DNA from: an archaeon | Lineage (GTDB): Archaea > Nanobdellota > Nanobdellia > Woesearchaeales > GW2011-AR9 | NCBI GenBank assembly: GCA_023265925.1 | Contig: JAHFSD010000002.1 | Coordinates: forward strand, 2,569-66,568 | DNA length: 64,000 nucleotides | Reading direction: 5' to 3' | Shown: piece after piece, positions 29,861 through 40,100 of the stretch | Numbering within the stretch: position 1 is the stretch's first letter | How the letters are laid out: every line of letters begins with the position of its first letter | Translations under genes and position numbers: made by a program | Notes under the pieces: model-generated | The model's database searches: none | Told to the model about the DNA's origin: nothing | The model's input: the letters and a program-made list of their open reading frames with translations, nothing else

Positions 29861-30253
29861 TTACCTACTCCTGAAAGCCAGAGCAAAAGCCAAGGCTTTA
29901 TCTTTATCGTGAGACAAACTTATTTTTAGACAAAATTTCTCACTTTTTGTAGCGATTAGATTTACATAAGGTATTCCTTTTTTATCGTTATATATCTCAA
30001 TAGTATTTAAAGGTAGCTTAGTTGTGCCCAATACACTTAAAGCTTTTAGTACAGCTTCTTTTGCGGTAAATCTGACCGCCAGGTGTTGTGCCGGGTATTT
30101 TTTAGCAAAACAATACGAAAGCTCTTTTGGGGTGTAGATTCTTTGAAGAAAAGTCTTATCATGAGTCAAGTTCAGCTTCTGAAATCGCTGCAGGGATTCA
30201 ATATCAACGCCAACACCAACTTCCGGCATAAAACCAAGATTTTTATTTTTCAT
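29861..30253 (-). CDS. acpS: Holo-ACP synthase (phosphopantetheinyl transferase)
   Basis: GVGVDIE, LAVRFTAKEAVLKAL, ISLSH. Confidence 0.92.
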   Translation of the reverse strand: MKNKNLGFMPEVGVGVDIESLQRFQKLNLTHDKTFLQRIYTPKELSYCFAKKYPAQHLAVRFTAKEAVLKALSVLGTTKLPLNTIEIYNDKKGIPYVNLIATKSEKFCLKISLSHDKDKALAFALAFRSR

Positions 30254-30394
30254 AGGATAAATCTTTATTTTTCCAAAATTATTTTTATATTACTTACTGG
30301 GCTTTTGCAGTTTTTAACATATAAAGAAGGGGGTATTAAAATGTAATGGAACACAGATAAAGTCAACTTATCGTCTGGATACGAAGTTCAAATC

Positions 30395-31819
30395 TCATAG
30401 TAGTTTTCTCCAGCTTTCTAGGATGATTGTTGTGGTACATTGTTGAATGTCCATAGCGGTGTGGAGGTAGCGAGTGGAAAGGTACCGCTGCAAGAACAGG
30501 TAGTTCTCCCGCTGTTGTTGAAGGTAGTCGTAGGGGTAGATTTTTCGTTCTATCGCGGTAATCTCTTTCCCGGCTTCTCGATTGATTTTCCCCCTTTTTC
30601 TTAATTTTTCTACTTCCAAATCAAGGAGATAGGTGAAATCTGGTTTAGGAAAGAGATGGAGGAGCGGCTTGATCAGGAAGCTGTTGCCGGCGTACGGATA
30701 TTGCCCGTACAGGTCATAAAAATAGCGGTCGGTGATGATGAGATTTCCTTGCCGGAGTTGTGGCCGGAGATGGCAAACGTACCGATAGTAAAATTCAAAA
30801 AAGAGATAGATGAAGAGCAGTTCCTGAAAGAGATCAAATTTTTTAGATTTAGTAACAAAGTTTATTTCTTGAAATAATTTTTTATCATTCTTCTGCAAAA
30901 TCCTGGAAAGTAGTTTCGTCAGTGGAAATTCCGGTTGCCAGCCAAAGTAGTACGATTGCTGTTTCTTGCCGAGATGCCGGGTAAGGGGCTGGTACTGTTC
31001 CAGTGTTTTTCGAGCAAGAGTGCTTTTGCCACTGCCATTGACGCCTATGAACGCAATCAGGCAGCCCCGGCGTTTCCACTGTAGAGGGCGGAAGATCTTT
31101 TGGGCGATTTTCATGCCCACATACGCGGCTGTTGCCGGTTCTTGAACTAATTTTTTTATCCAGGTAGCGGTAATGCTGCCAGGAGGAAGAGTCGGAGAAT
31201 CTTTATACTTTAGAACAGATACAAATCCTCCCTTCCATTTATGGTGAGTAAGTTGCTGCTGGAGGTACTTTCGGTCCATAGGCTTAAGATCCTTTTTGTC
31301 TCTTTTTGGATCACCATTTTTGCTCCTATTTTGATCCAAAAACTGATTTAAGAAGGGCCTTTCTTTCTCCGTCACCTTAAAATTCTCAAACAGCACATGG
31401 GCAGCATGAATCAAGATGGAATCTTCCAGGCTGGGCACAACAATCAGCGGGGTAACTATTTTCTTTCGTTCAAACACCCATTTTTTATCCAGTGCTTTTA
31501 TTCCATGCCAGGCAATCTCACGATGAAGATGAATGAAATGGAAAGTTTTTTCTTTGCCAATATCCGCAAATCCACAATACATCAATTTATACTTCTCAAA
31601 TCGTTCGGAAAAGCGGAGCGCCCAGCCTTGTTGTTCCAGCAGCCGCGCTGCCTGCCCGTAATCATCATCGGTTTCAAACAGAATATCGGCATTCTTATTC
31701 TCTCCCGCGAAAATATGCTCGCATTTAAAGAGAATGTAGCTCAATTTAGCCTGATGAAAGAGTTGCAGCACGTTCATAATTCCCGGGATGGTTTGCTGAT
31801 AGGAAGGGGTGGTAGTCAT
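30395..31819 (-). CDS. Nucleotidyltransferase-like + thymidylate-kinase-like P-loop fusion
   Basis: N-terminal ADIL...IHLH; GVNGSGKST and ITDRYFYD, FPKPD. Confidence 0.7.
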   Translation of the reverse strand: MTTTPSYQQTIPGIMNVLQLFHQAKLSYILFKCEHIFAGENKNADILFETDDDYGQAARLLEQQGWALRFSERFEKYKLMYCGFADIGKEKTFHFIHLHREIAWHGIKALDKKWVFERKKIVTPLIVVPSLEDSILIHAAHVLFENFKVTEKERPFLNQFLDQNRSKNGDPKRDKKDLKPMDRKYLQQQLTHHKWKGGFVSVLKYKDSPTLPPGSITATWIKKLVQEPATAAYVGMKIAQKIFRPLQWKRRGCLIAFIGVNGSGKSTLARKTLEQYQPLTRHLGKKQQSYYFGWQPEFPLTKLLSRILQKNDKKLFQEINFVTKSKKFDLFQELLFIYLFFEFYYRYVCHLRPQLRQGNLIITDRYFYDLYGQYPYAGNSFLIKPLLHLFPKPDFTYLLDLEVEKLRKRGKINREAGKEITAIERKIYPYDYLQQQRENYLFLQRYLSTRYLHTAMDIQQCTTTIILESWRKLL

Positions 31820-31822
31820 GAG

Positions 31823-32866
31823 TTATCGTCTTGCCGTTAGGGATGAATAAACGTGTTCATACTTCTGTAGGAACAGGAGGTGGGAAAAGTATTTCTCCGC
31901 CGTTTTCCGGCAATTTTGCTGATAGGAATGATAATGCTGTTGTAATTCTTTAATAGCTCTGGCCAGATCTTCAGGGGTAGGTTCAAACACCACACCACAT
32001 TTTTCATTTTTCACTATTTCAGCCATTTCAGTCTTGGTGGAAACCAGCAGGGGCTTTCCGGCCGCGAGACTTTCAATCGCCGAATTGGGAATAAGCTTCA
32101 GATAATTATCATATCGGGTATAGGGGATGATGGTGCAGTGGGTCAAGGCATATTGGTCATTCATTGGGGAACGAATACCCTGATGGCACTGGACATTCTC
32201 CAGCGCGTGCTGCTGAATTTCCCGTTGGATCTTGTCGTAGGCTCCTTTCCGCCACAGTAGCAGAAACTGTAGTTGTTTAGCTCCTTCCGCACAGTTCAGC
32301 AGCAGATAAATTCCCCGTTTGGCAAAATCTTCTGCTCTGGTCGGGCAGCTGGCATTGAGGATGGTGAACGGTCCGGTAGCAGATGTGTAGATAAAAGTTG
32401 CCAGATCAACTGGGGGATAAATAATTTCTATTTTCTCCAGGGAAATTCCCAGCGAAACTAACTCCTGCTGCTGTCGTTGTGATTCAACGATAATTTTTCT
32501 CAGCTGGGAAAGATATTTCATTCTTTTTTGTATCTTGGCCAGATGACAAGAAGCAGCAGCCGTCAGGATGGTGCGCCGCAAGTCCAGTACCGGCAGATAG
32601 GGGAAGTCGCCCAGTGAGGTATAAATATGGTTTAGATCACTGTTTCTGCTGAGCAGATAGGTCGAGGGCAGCAGCAGGGGATAATAGGCAAAGTGAAACG
32701 AACGGAGCGCTGAACTGAATTTTGTCGTCAACAGTCCATCGAGGTGAAGGTCATGAACTTTAACGGTATTATTCTGCGAAAAATGGTTTGCTAACAACTG
32801 CACTTCTTTAGAGACAGCTTCATACTCAGGACGATACCGCTGGACATAATAGGTTATTTTTTTCAT
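31823..32866 (-). CDS. Glycosyltransferase family 4
   Basis: IYPPVD, PNSAIESLAAGKP. Confidence 0.85.
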   Translation of the reverse strand: MKKITYYVQRYRPEYEAVSKEVQLLANHFSQNNTVKVHDLHLDGLLTTKFSSALRSFHFAYYPLLLPSTYLLSRNSDLNHIYTSLGDFPYLPVLDLRRTILTAAASCHLAKIQKRMKYLSQLRKIIVESQRQQQELVSLGISLEKIEIIYPPVDLATFIYTSATGPFTILNASCPTRAEDFAKRGIYLLLNCAEGAKQLQFLLLWRKGAYDKIQREIQQHALENVQCHQGIRSPMNDQYALTHCTIIPYTRYDNYLKLIPNSAIESLAAGKPLLVSTKTEMAEIVKNEKCGVVFEPTPEDLARAIKELQQHYHSYQQNCRKTAEKYFSHLLFLQKYEHVYSSLTARR

Positions 32867-32870
32867 AGGG

Positions 32871-33626
32871 TTATTTTTTCTGACAAAGCACCAGCCATTC
32901 ATAAGGGTTCTCAGATGGAAACTGTTCGAGAGAGTGTATCAATCGCTGTGCAGTCTTTTTGAATCCCAATAATTTTAAAGGGCGGGAAAAGAAAGCCTGG
33001 CTCCAGAAATGGTTAAGCAGGGGATATAGTTTCACAACCCGAAAACCATTTTTCTCCAGTTCTTTAATCAATTCTTCTCTTTGATAGAGTTGGTCATAGA
33101 CGATATAACGCTTCCTTCCCAGCACACACCGTAATGGTGAAACTATTTTTTTATTCATGGCTTCAAAAACAAGATATCCCCCGGGGCGTAAAGAACTAGT
33201 CGCTTGTCGATAGATCTTTTCCCGCTCTGGTTCCTGGAAGTGCAGCAGAAAACGAATACAGAACACCAGATCATATTCTGCCTTCAGGTCCAGGTTCTGG
33301 TTTAGGTTCAGGATATCTCCCTGCACAAAATTCCATTTCTTGCCGGCGTGCTGCATTCTCTTTTGCGCAAGGGCTAACATGCTTGCGCTCGAATCAATGC
33401 TGGTTCCTCCTGCTGTGGCTAATTCTGCGGTAACACGAGCGGGACCAGGAGCAAATTCCAGTATTTTCCGGCAGTTTTGTTCCCGAATGATCTGATTGAG
33501 TACCGCCACCTGCCGTTGATGTTCAATGACATTCAAAGGCTCGCTAAAACGTTTTCTGATATATTTCTCAGCGACGTCTTCCTGTTGATAATATCGCCGT
33601 ACTTCAGCGGAAGTCGTGACCTTCAT
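32871..33626 (-). CDS. Class I SAM-dependent methyltransferase
   Basis: ILEFAPGPAR, IDSSASML, LRPGG. Confidence 0.85.
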   Translation of the reverse strand: MKVTTSAEVRRYYQQEDVAEKYIRKRFSEPLNVIEHQRQVAVLNQIIREQNCRKILEFAPGPARVTAELATAGGTSIDSSASMLALAQKRMQHAGKKWNFVQGDILNLNQNLDLKAEYDLVFCIRFLLHFQEPEREKIYRQATSSLRPGGYLVFEAMNKKIVSPLRCVLGRKRYIVYDQLYQREELIKELEKNGFRVVKLYPLLNHFWSQAFFSRPLKLLGFKKTAQRLIHSLEQFPSENPYEWLVLCQKK

Positions 33627-34858
33627 CGCGCGGCCTCATAGCGTTTTTGCAGTTGAGAGCTAACAACGGTAGGGGTATATTGATGAAGGGATTCTCGTCT
33701 TAGCCCAAAATAATTCCGACAATTTTTTTGGCAGGTTTGGAGAGCCTGATGCCAAGCTTCTACGTCTCCAGGAGCAACCAGCACACTCCCCAAAGGCATT
33801 ACCTCCGGAATCGCCCCAATCTTCGACGCCATCACCATTTTCCCCGCCGCCATTGCTTCCAGCGGAATCCGGCCAAATGGTTCCGGCCAAAGTGAGGGAT
33901 AGGCAACAATGTCGGCAGCGGCATACAGCTCTGGAACCTGCTCATAGGAAACCAGCGGATGAATTTCCGCATCCAGTCCATTCTGCACGATCATATCCTG
34001 CAGTTGTTCTTTCAGCACCCCGTCGCCATACAAGTCGCAGTGGCAATCCAGTCCTTTCAGCGCCTGCAGGAGAATCTGCGGCCCTTTGGATTCGATCAGG
34101 GCGCCCAGATAGAGTATTTTCAACTTTTGATTTTTCTCTCTTTTTTGATTTTTTTCTTTCCTGACAGAAGAGAATTTATCTGCTTCAATAATATTGGGGA
34201 TAACAGTCTGGCTCTGAAAACGATGCTGTGCTAATAAATTCTGAACATACCTGCTGATGGAAATCAGCTGGCAATGTCCAAGAGCCTTATTCAAGCGCCG
34301 GTAGTACCAATATATATACAGCAATAGTGGCAGGTTATATTTCAGATACCACTTATTTTTCATCTTGCCAATTTCCGGTGAATGTGCCTGACAAGGCAGA
34401 AACTTAGCTACAGAGCAGACTACTTTACATTCTTCCTTCCCGCGATACCAGCGGTCGCCCTTGGGACAGAGCGCCGGATAACTTTCAATCGTGGCAAACA
34501 AAGGCTTGTGGAGATGTTTTAATTTTGGGGCGGCAATCACGCTGGTTCCCTGGAAATGAATCAGGTCAATGGTGGTTTCCTTAGTCAATTTCCACACTTC
34601 CCGCACAATGGAGCTAGGGAAGAGCAGGCGGCGTTGAATGTTGCTGAGAAATCCAGAAGGGGTTACTCCTGTTTTCAGCCGGCGGTAGATCTTCACTCCT
34701 TCTTTTTCTTCATATCGTTCCAGACCGGGGAAGAACGAGGTCAAGACGAGTACTTTTTGGCCCTGTGCTGCCAGTCCTTTGGCTATTGAAGCCAGGTTTA
34801 TTTCCCCTCCGCCCAGGACTTTGGGTGGGTAATATTCGGAGATGAACAGGATGTTCAT
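33623..34858 (-). CDS. Glycosyltransferase family 4
   Basis: YYPPKVLGGGE, PSLWPEPFGRIPLEAMAAG. Confidence 0.92.
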   Translation of the reverse strand: MNILFISEYYPPKVLGGGEINLASIAKGLAAQGQKVLVLTSFFPGLERYEEKEGVKIYRRLKTGVTPSGFLSNIQRRLLFPSSIVREVWKLTKETTIDLIHFQGTSVIAAPKLKHLHKPLFATIESYPALCPKGDRWYRGKEECKVVCSVAKFLPCQAHSPEIGKMKNKWYLKYNLPLLLYIYWYYRRLNKALGHCQLISISRYVQNLLAQHRFQSQTVIPNIIEADKFSSVRKEKNQKREKNQKLKILYLGALIESKGPQILLQALKGLDCHCDLYGDGVLKEQLQDMIVQNGLDAEIHPLVSYEQVPELYAAADIVAYPSLWPEPFGRIPLEAMAAGKMVMASKIGAIPEVMPLGSVLVAPGDVEAWHQALQTCQKNCRNYFGLRRESLHQYTPTVVSSQLQKRYEAAR

Positions 34859-34891
34859 AGTTTAAATCGCTTAAAAGTAGGTATATAATAG

Positions 34892-36070
34892 TTATGGTCG
34901 AGTATTCTGGTGGTGATTCTTCTGGTCAAGAAGCTTCTGATAGATTCCTAAATACTGCCAAATGCTTTCTTTCCATTCAAACTTTTTTCGCGGCTGGTGA
35001 AGAAATTCCTTCCTAGCTATCTTCACCACCTTCTCTGCCAAATCCCGTACATCTTTACTTCGAAACACCTGATATTTCCCCCCCACAATTTCCGGCAGAG
35101 AACCGGCATCGCTGACCACCAGCGGCTTGTTCATGGCCAGCGCTTCCACGGCAGTATAGCCAAAGCCTTCGGCAAGGGAAGGAACAACGATACAATCTGC
35201 TGCCTGCACGTAATTCCGTAATTCTTCGTACGGTTGGGAATCCAGCAGCTGAATCTGCTCCTGCTTAATTTGATGGGAAAGAGTAAGCTCCTGAATCAAC
35301 CAACGTAATTCCCGATATTTTTGTGGATATTTCTCCCTTGAGCCGAGCATCAGCAGCAGCACGGAATCAGGAATCTGCTGGGCAATCAACGGAACCGCTT
35401 TAATCAGGTATTCAAAGCCCTTGGACGGCCCCGGCCGGCCCCAGGAAAAATAGGCAAATTTATGGTAGAGGTTATGCCGCTTCTTAATATCTTTAACGAC
35501 AGCAGCCTTGACTTTCTTTGGATTCCAGAATTCATAATCCAGCCCATTGTAGATGACCTCTACTTTTTCTGGCGCTATTTCCTGCCGAAGTAAATCGTCT
35601 TTAGTTGCCTGAGATACACAGATATACTGATCAAACGGCAGGCGGTAAATCAACCCTTCGAGAAATTCATGGAGGGCACTTTTCCAGCGAGGAAAGCCAG
35701 TAATTTCCCGCCACTTCCCCTGCCAGGCTTCATGTACCGTCAGGACAACCGGTTTTCCGGCAAGTTTGGCTGCCAGCCAAGCCGGAAAAGCGCCGTTAAA
35801 GGTGGTGGTTTGGATGAGATCATGTTTTCGGGCCAGGCGGATGGCGGCCGGGATAGAAAAAAAAGTGAAGAGGTAGCGGGAACTAAACGAAAGGATTCGT
35901 CGGACGGTAACTCCCCCAATCACGTCACTCCTGGCCGTTCCTTTCAGCCAATGGGTAAGAACGGTAGCAGCATGTCCTTCTTTCACCGATCCCTCGGCCA
36001 GGTTCTTAAACAGCACTTCGGCGCCGCCATAATGGGGGTGATAATTCTCGCAGACAAACAGAATTCTCAT
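34892..36070 (-). CDS. Glycosyltransferase family 4
   Basis: PHYGGAE, PSLAEGFGYTAVEA. Confidence 0.92.
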   Translation of the reverse strand: MRILFVCENYHPHYGGAEVLFKNLAEGSVKEGHAATVLTHWLKGTARSDVIGGVTVRRILSFSSRYLFTFFSIPAAIRLARKHDLIQTTTFNGAFPAWLAAKLAGKPVVLTVHEAWQGKWREITGFPRWKSALHEFLEGLIYRLPFDQYICVSQATKDDLLRQEIAPEKVEVIYNGLDYEFWNPKKVKAAVVKDIKKRHNLYHKFAYFSWGRPGPSKGFEYLIKAVPLIAQQIPDSVLLLMLGSREKYPQKYRELRWLIQELTLSHQIKQEQIQLLDSQPYEELRNYVQAADCIVVPSLAEGFGYTAVEALAMNKPLVVSDAGSLPEIVGGKYQVFRSKDVRDLAEKVVKIARKEFLHQPRKKFEWKESIWQYLGIYQKLLDQKNHHQNTRP

Positions 36071-36414
36071 TTTTTTTCAACTTTCTGCAACGCGTCCTGC
36101 CGGACAAATTGCTCCAGTTTCCGCTCCATTCTCTTGACGGAACTGTAGTTGAAGAAGCCCAGGCCGAGCAGGACGAAAAATCCTATCACCACAAAAAAAT
36201 CTAGCCGGCGGTAAAAGCGCAGCGGGGCTATGATTGAATCAAGGGCAAAGGGGATGATTGCAATGACCACCAGCAGAATCCAGCCGGTGAACCAGATCAT
36301 TAACTCAGTTTTAGTAATCTCTTTTCGCTTGAATTTCACAAATGTAAAGTACATCATCCCTAAGCCAAAGATAACGCCGAGGAACTGAATCCAAAAAGTT
36401 GTGCTAAGTCCCAT
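36067..36414 (-). CDS. DUF2304-family membrane protein, partner of the adjacent GT2
   Basis: Three TM segments, R.LD motif and ERKLEQFVRQDAL tail; overlaps GT2. Confidence 0.75.
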   Translation of the reverse strand: MGLSTTFWIQFLGVIFGLGMMYFTFVKFKRKEITKTELMIWFTGWILLVVIAIIPFALDSIIAPLRFYRRLDFFVVIGFFVLLGLGFFNYSSVKRMERKLEQFVRQDALQKVEKK

Positions 36415-37097
36415 TATTTAAATAACCTCCAGCCAATCATTTTGGCCACGATCATCAATCCATCCAAAACGGTTGTTCCTTTATATTTATCGCTGTAAAT
36501 TGTTTCAATGGGAATTTGGGTATACTTTAATCTTTTCTTGCCGGCTTTAATGACCATCTCCATCTCCACATAGTAATTCAGCGCCTCCCAGCGGATTTTC
36601 TGATAGGCCGCTGCGGTAAAAGAGCGGTAGCCGCATTGGCTGTCAGTGATGGTAATGTTATAGAGAGTGCTCAGGGTCTGGTTGATAACTTTGTTGCCCA
36701 CCAGCATCACTAACGGCATGGAATCCGGTACCGTTCGTGCGCCTAAAGCAATATCATGCTGCTGCAAGGCTGCCAGGAACTCTGGTATTTTGTTCGGATT
36801 ATGCTGGCCATCAGCATCCATCACCACCAGCCGCTCGGCACCCTGCTGTAAGGCGTACTCGCAGCCAGTTTTCAGTGCTGCTCCTTTGCCTAAATTAACC
36901 CGATGCCGAAGAACAGTTGCTCCGGTCTCTTCGGCCCGGCGAGCGGTGTCATCCTCTGAACCATCGTCCACGACGATGATGTTCTCGACGTGTTTCTGAG
37001 CAGCCCTGATCACCGGGCCAATTCGTTCACCTTCATTATGGGCCGGAATCACGACTGCGGTTGTCATGGAAACAGGATCACCACTACTTTTAGCCAT
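36414..37097 (-). CDS. Glycosyltransferase family 2 (dolichol-P sugar synthase-like)
   Basis: IPAHNE, VVDDGSED, NLGKG, MDADGQH, DSQCGYR. Confidence 0.92.
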   Translation of the reverse strand: MAKSSGDPVSMTTAVVIPAHNEGERIGPVIRAAQKHVENIIVVDDGSEDDTARRAEETGATVLRHRVNLGKGAALKTGCEYALQQGAERLVVMDADGQHNPNKIPEFLAALQQHDIALGARTVPDSMPLVMLVGNKVINQTLSTLYNITITDSQCGYRSFTAAAYQKIRWEALNYYVEMEMVIKAGKKRLKYTQIPIETIYSDKYKGTTVLDGLMIVAKMIGWRLFK

Positions 37098-37159
37098 AGG
37101 AATCACACGGCGGAAAATTGCTTTATAAAAATTGTGGAAGTATTCCTGTTTCCGGCCCC

Positions 37160-40100
37160 TCACCGTTCCCGTTTCTCCCGCACCAGTATCAGATGATACC
37201 CGAATTGCGTCTTCACCGGCTCAGAAATTTCTCCGATATTGAGAGCAAAAGCAGTTTGTTCAAATTCCGGCACCATCGCTCCCTTCCCGAACCAGCCTAA
37301 ATCCCCCCCATTATCTTTCGACCCGGGATCCTGAGAATATTTCTGGGCATACTCGGCAAAATTGGCCGCAGTAACATTTTTTCTGATTTCCTCAATAAGC
37401 GCCAGCGCTTCCTCTTCCGTTTTATTTTCAGTGGAAATCAAAATATGGGCAGCCTGGACTTCCGGCTTGGACTGGAAGAAAACATTGTTCTCCTGCTGGC
37501 AATCGTAATCCACAATCCAGGTAATGATTCGCCCCTGGCCATAACTTTGGGTGTCATAAAACTTCTGGAAACATTTTAATCCGTGTCCCTCAAAGAAAAA
37601 CAGTTTGGTAAACGTGCCAGCCGCCTGCAGCGGATCAGCCAGCAGATAGACGTAGCCTTCTCCCTGAGGGATCAGGACGACGGAAAAGCCCGTTTTCTGC
37701 TGCCCGGCCAATTCTTTTTCGAAAACACTTTCTTTTGTGGCATACACTAGGGAGTTGGGAGTTATCTCTGGATTGCTTTCAAAGCTGGCATTCCAGGTTG
37801 TGGTATCGATGTGCAAGGCAAAATTCTGTCCCTGCACCGAGCCAGGACAGCGCAGTTCCACATCAGAGAGCCTCTCGCAGCTCTGGAAACCGGAAAGGTA
37901 GCCAGGCCAGGGAGCAATCCATCTATCGGCTTCGGTCGACTGCACTTCAGCGTAAATCGTCTCGGCCTCCGGTTCGCTGGTGTTAAACGTTGTTTTCAAA
38001 TAGTTGATGGCATCTGCTCGATTGAGCTTCTTCACTTTTTGATACATGACCGCTTTCCTAAAATCCCAGCTGCCAAAATGGCCCCAGACACCGGCTTTGC
38101 CGACCATGTCTTCCGAAGTGATGAAATAATCCGTGGGCGCAGCGCAATGGGTATAGCGGATAACGGAGGCAATTTGCTCTGAAGTTAATCCCTCTCGGTT
38201 AAGTGTCTTAATCGCGTCGGACTTTTCCTGCACGATAATTTCATTGAGAAGACCGATCTCCCGCAGGGGATCTTTCCCAAACTGGTCCAGTTCTTCAAAG
38301 GCTGAGTTTTGTCCGCAATTCAGCATGCGGATAAGGCCGACGGTCACTTTTTCATCGTCAGTGAGCAGGGACTTGCCTACCCAATGGGCACCATACCCCA
38401 ATTGATTTCCTCCGTCAAACGTTACCGGCCTATCGGCAATAGCCTTGAACCAATGGCCAAAATCCCACCAGGAGGTGATGATGCTATTTTCCGGAGCTTC
38501 CGTTTTGATTTTAATTAAGGTGTTGTACCAGGCATCATTAATGCTGGGAACAGAATTATAAGCCTGGCTGTACCCGGATTTAATCGGGCTAAGGAGGAGG
38601 AAGCCCAATGCTAAAAAAAAGATTGTTTTCATGATAACAGGACTTAATTTTAATTCTTTGGCCGTCCAGCGGGAGGCATAATACCAGCTGATGCCCATAA
38701 ATGCACCAAGGCCCATGGCAAACGCTGGTGTAAGTTGTAAAATGAACCGTATACCTTTGGTGGTGGCAAAGGCCGAGGCGGCAAACCACATCGCCAGGAA
38801 GAAAGCTATTTTAAAGTCCCATTTTCCGTGTTCATCTTTTCTGAACGCCGTCAGCAGGATGCCGGCTATCGCCAGGGCAAAATAGAGCTGGCCGTCAAAT
38901 TGTTCAATGACATTGGAAAATGCGGGGACGTTCAATTCGGCAACCGTGGTGCGGATGTTGGGCCAGTAGGAGCTTACCGCGACAGCTTTCAAACGGAGAA
39001 AACCCAAAGGACCAAACACGACCCGGATAAGTTGGTTAAAAGAGGTAAAGACGCTGACAAATAGGGCCGAGGTAAGAAGATATGTTCCTATAACTGTGAC
39101 GGCATTAGTGAACGGGGATGATTTTATCAGTGCGGGGATCGTTTTTAGGTTTATCAGCAGCAGATAGAGCAGGTACACACCCATTGTTATGAAAATAAAC
39201 GTTGCAATGTACCACCAGCCCGTCCAGGCAAAGGCAAAGACGCCGGTGGCAAAACCGGCGAGACTCATCCAGAAAATTTTCTTTTTCAATGTCCCGGCAT
39301 CCAGTGCTTCCAGAAACAGCCAGGTGATTAACACCGGAAAAAAGACCGCATAGACGTCCGTATCAGAGCTTTCTCCGGTGGTTCGGGCCACAAAAAAGCT
39401 GGAAACGGCGAGGAGCATTGCGGTAAAAAATCCGCCCACATTGTTCTTGGTGATAATCCTTCCAATGAAAAAAGCCGGGATGACCGTCAGGGCCGAGAAG
39501 ACCGTTCCCACCAGAAAAAAGGTGAACATCAGCGGAAATGTGCCAAACAGGTTTAGGAAGCGGTGCCACCAGGCGCCAAACCAATGGTGGAAATTCCATT
39601 CTCCCAAATCTCCTAAAGGAGCCAGGCGATAGCCATCAATGATTTTTCCGTCCCTGATTTCACTGCCCGGATAGCCGTTCTTCAGGACATATTCTGTCTG
39701 CCGGAAATAATAGTAAGGATCAATACCGAGGAGATAGGTCGTCCCCTGATCGTCCCGGAACTGGTTTTTGTACTGCTGGGAAAGTTGTTTAATCTGCGCA
39801 TCGATCTGCTGCTTATTCTGCTGACGGGTCTTTTCCCATTCTGTTGCTGCCAGGACTTGCCGGTTTTGCTCTGGCAGGTTGGGGTATTGCTGGCTGATCT
39901 GCTGCTTAATTTGATCCTGATAAAAATTAAAAACTGCCCGCTCCGCCCAACTATCGGCAATCGGCAGCCGCAGCGGCATCGTGCGGAGGTAGATCGAAAT
40001 AGACATCGCCAGCAGGATGCAGGCCAGCGGGATTATCCAGCGGGAATGGGTATTCCAGAACTGCTTAACCTTGTTCCAGTCCAGGGAAATCTCCTCATCT

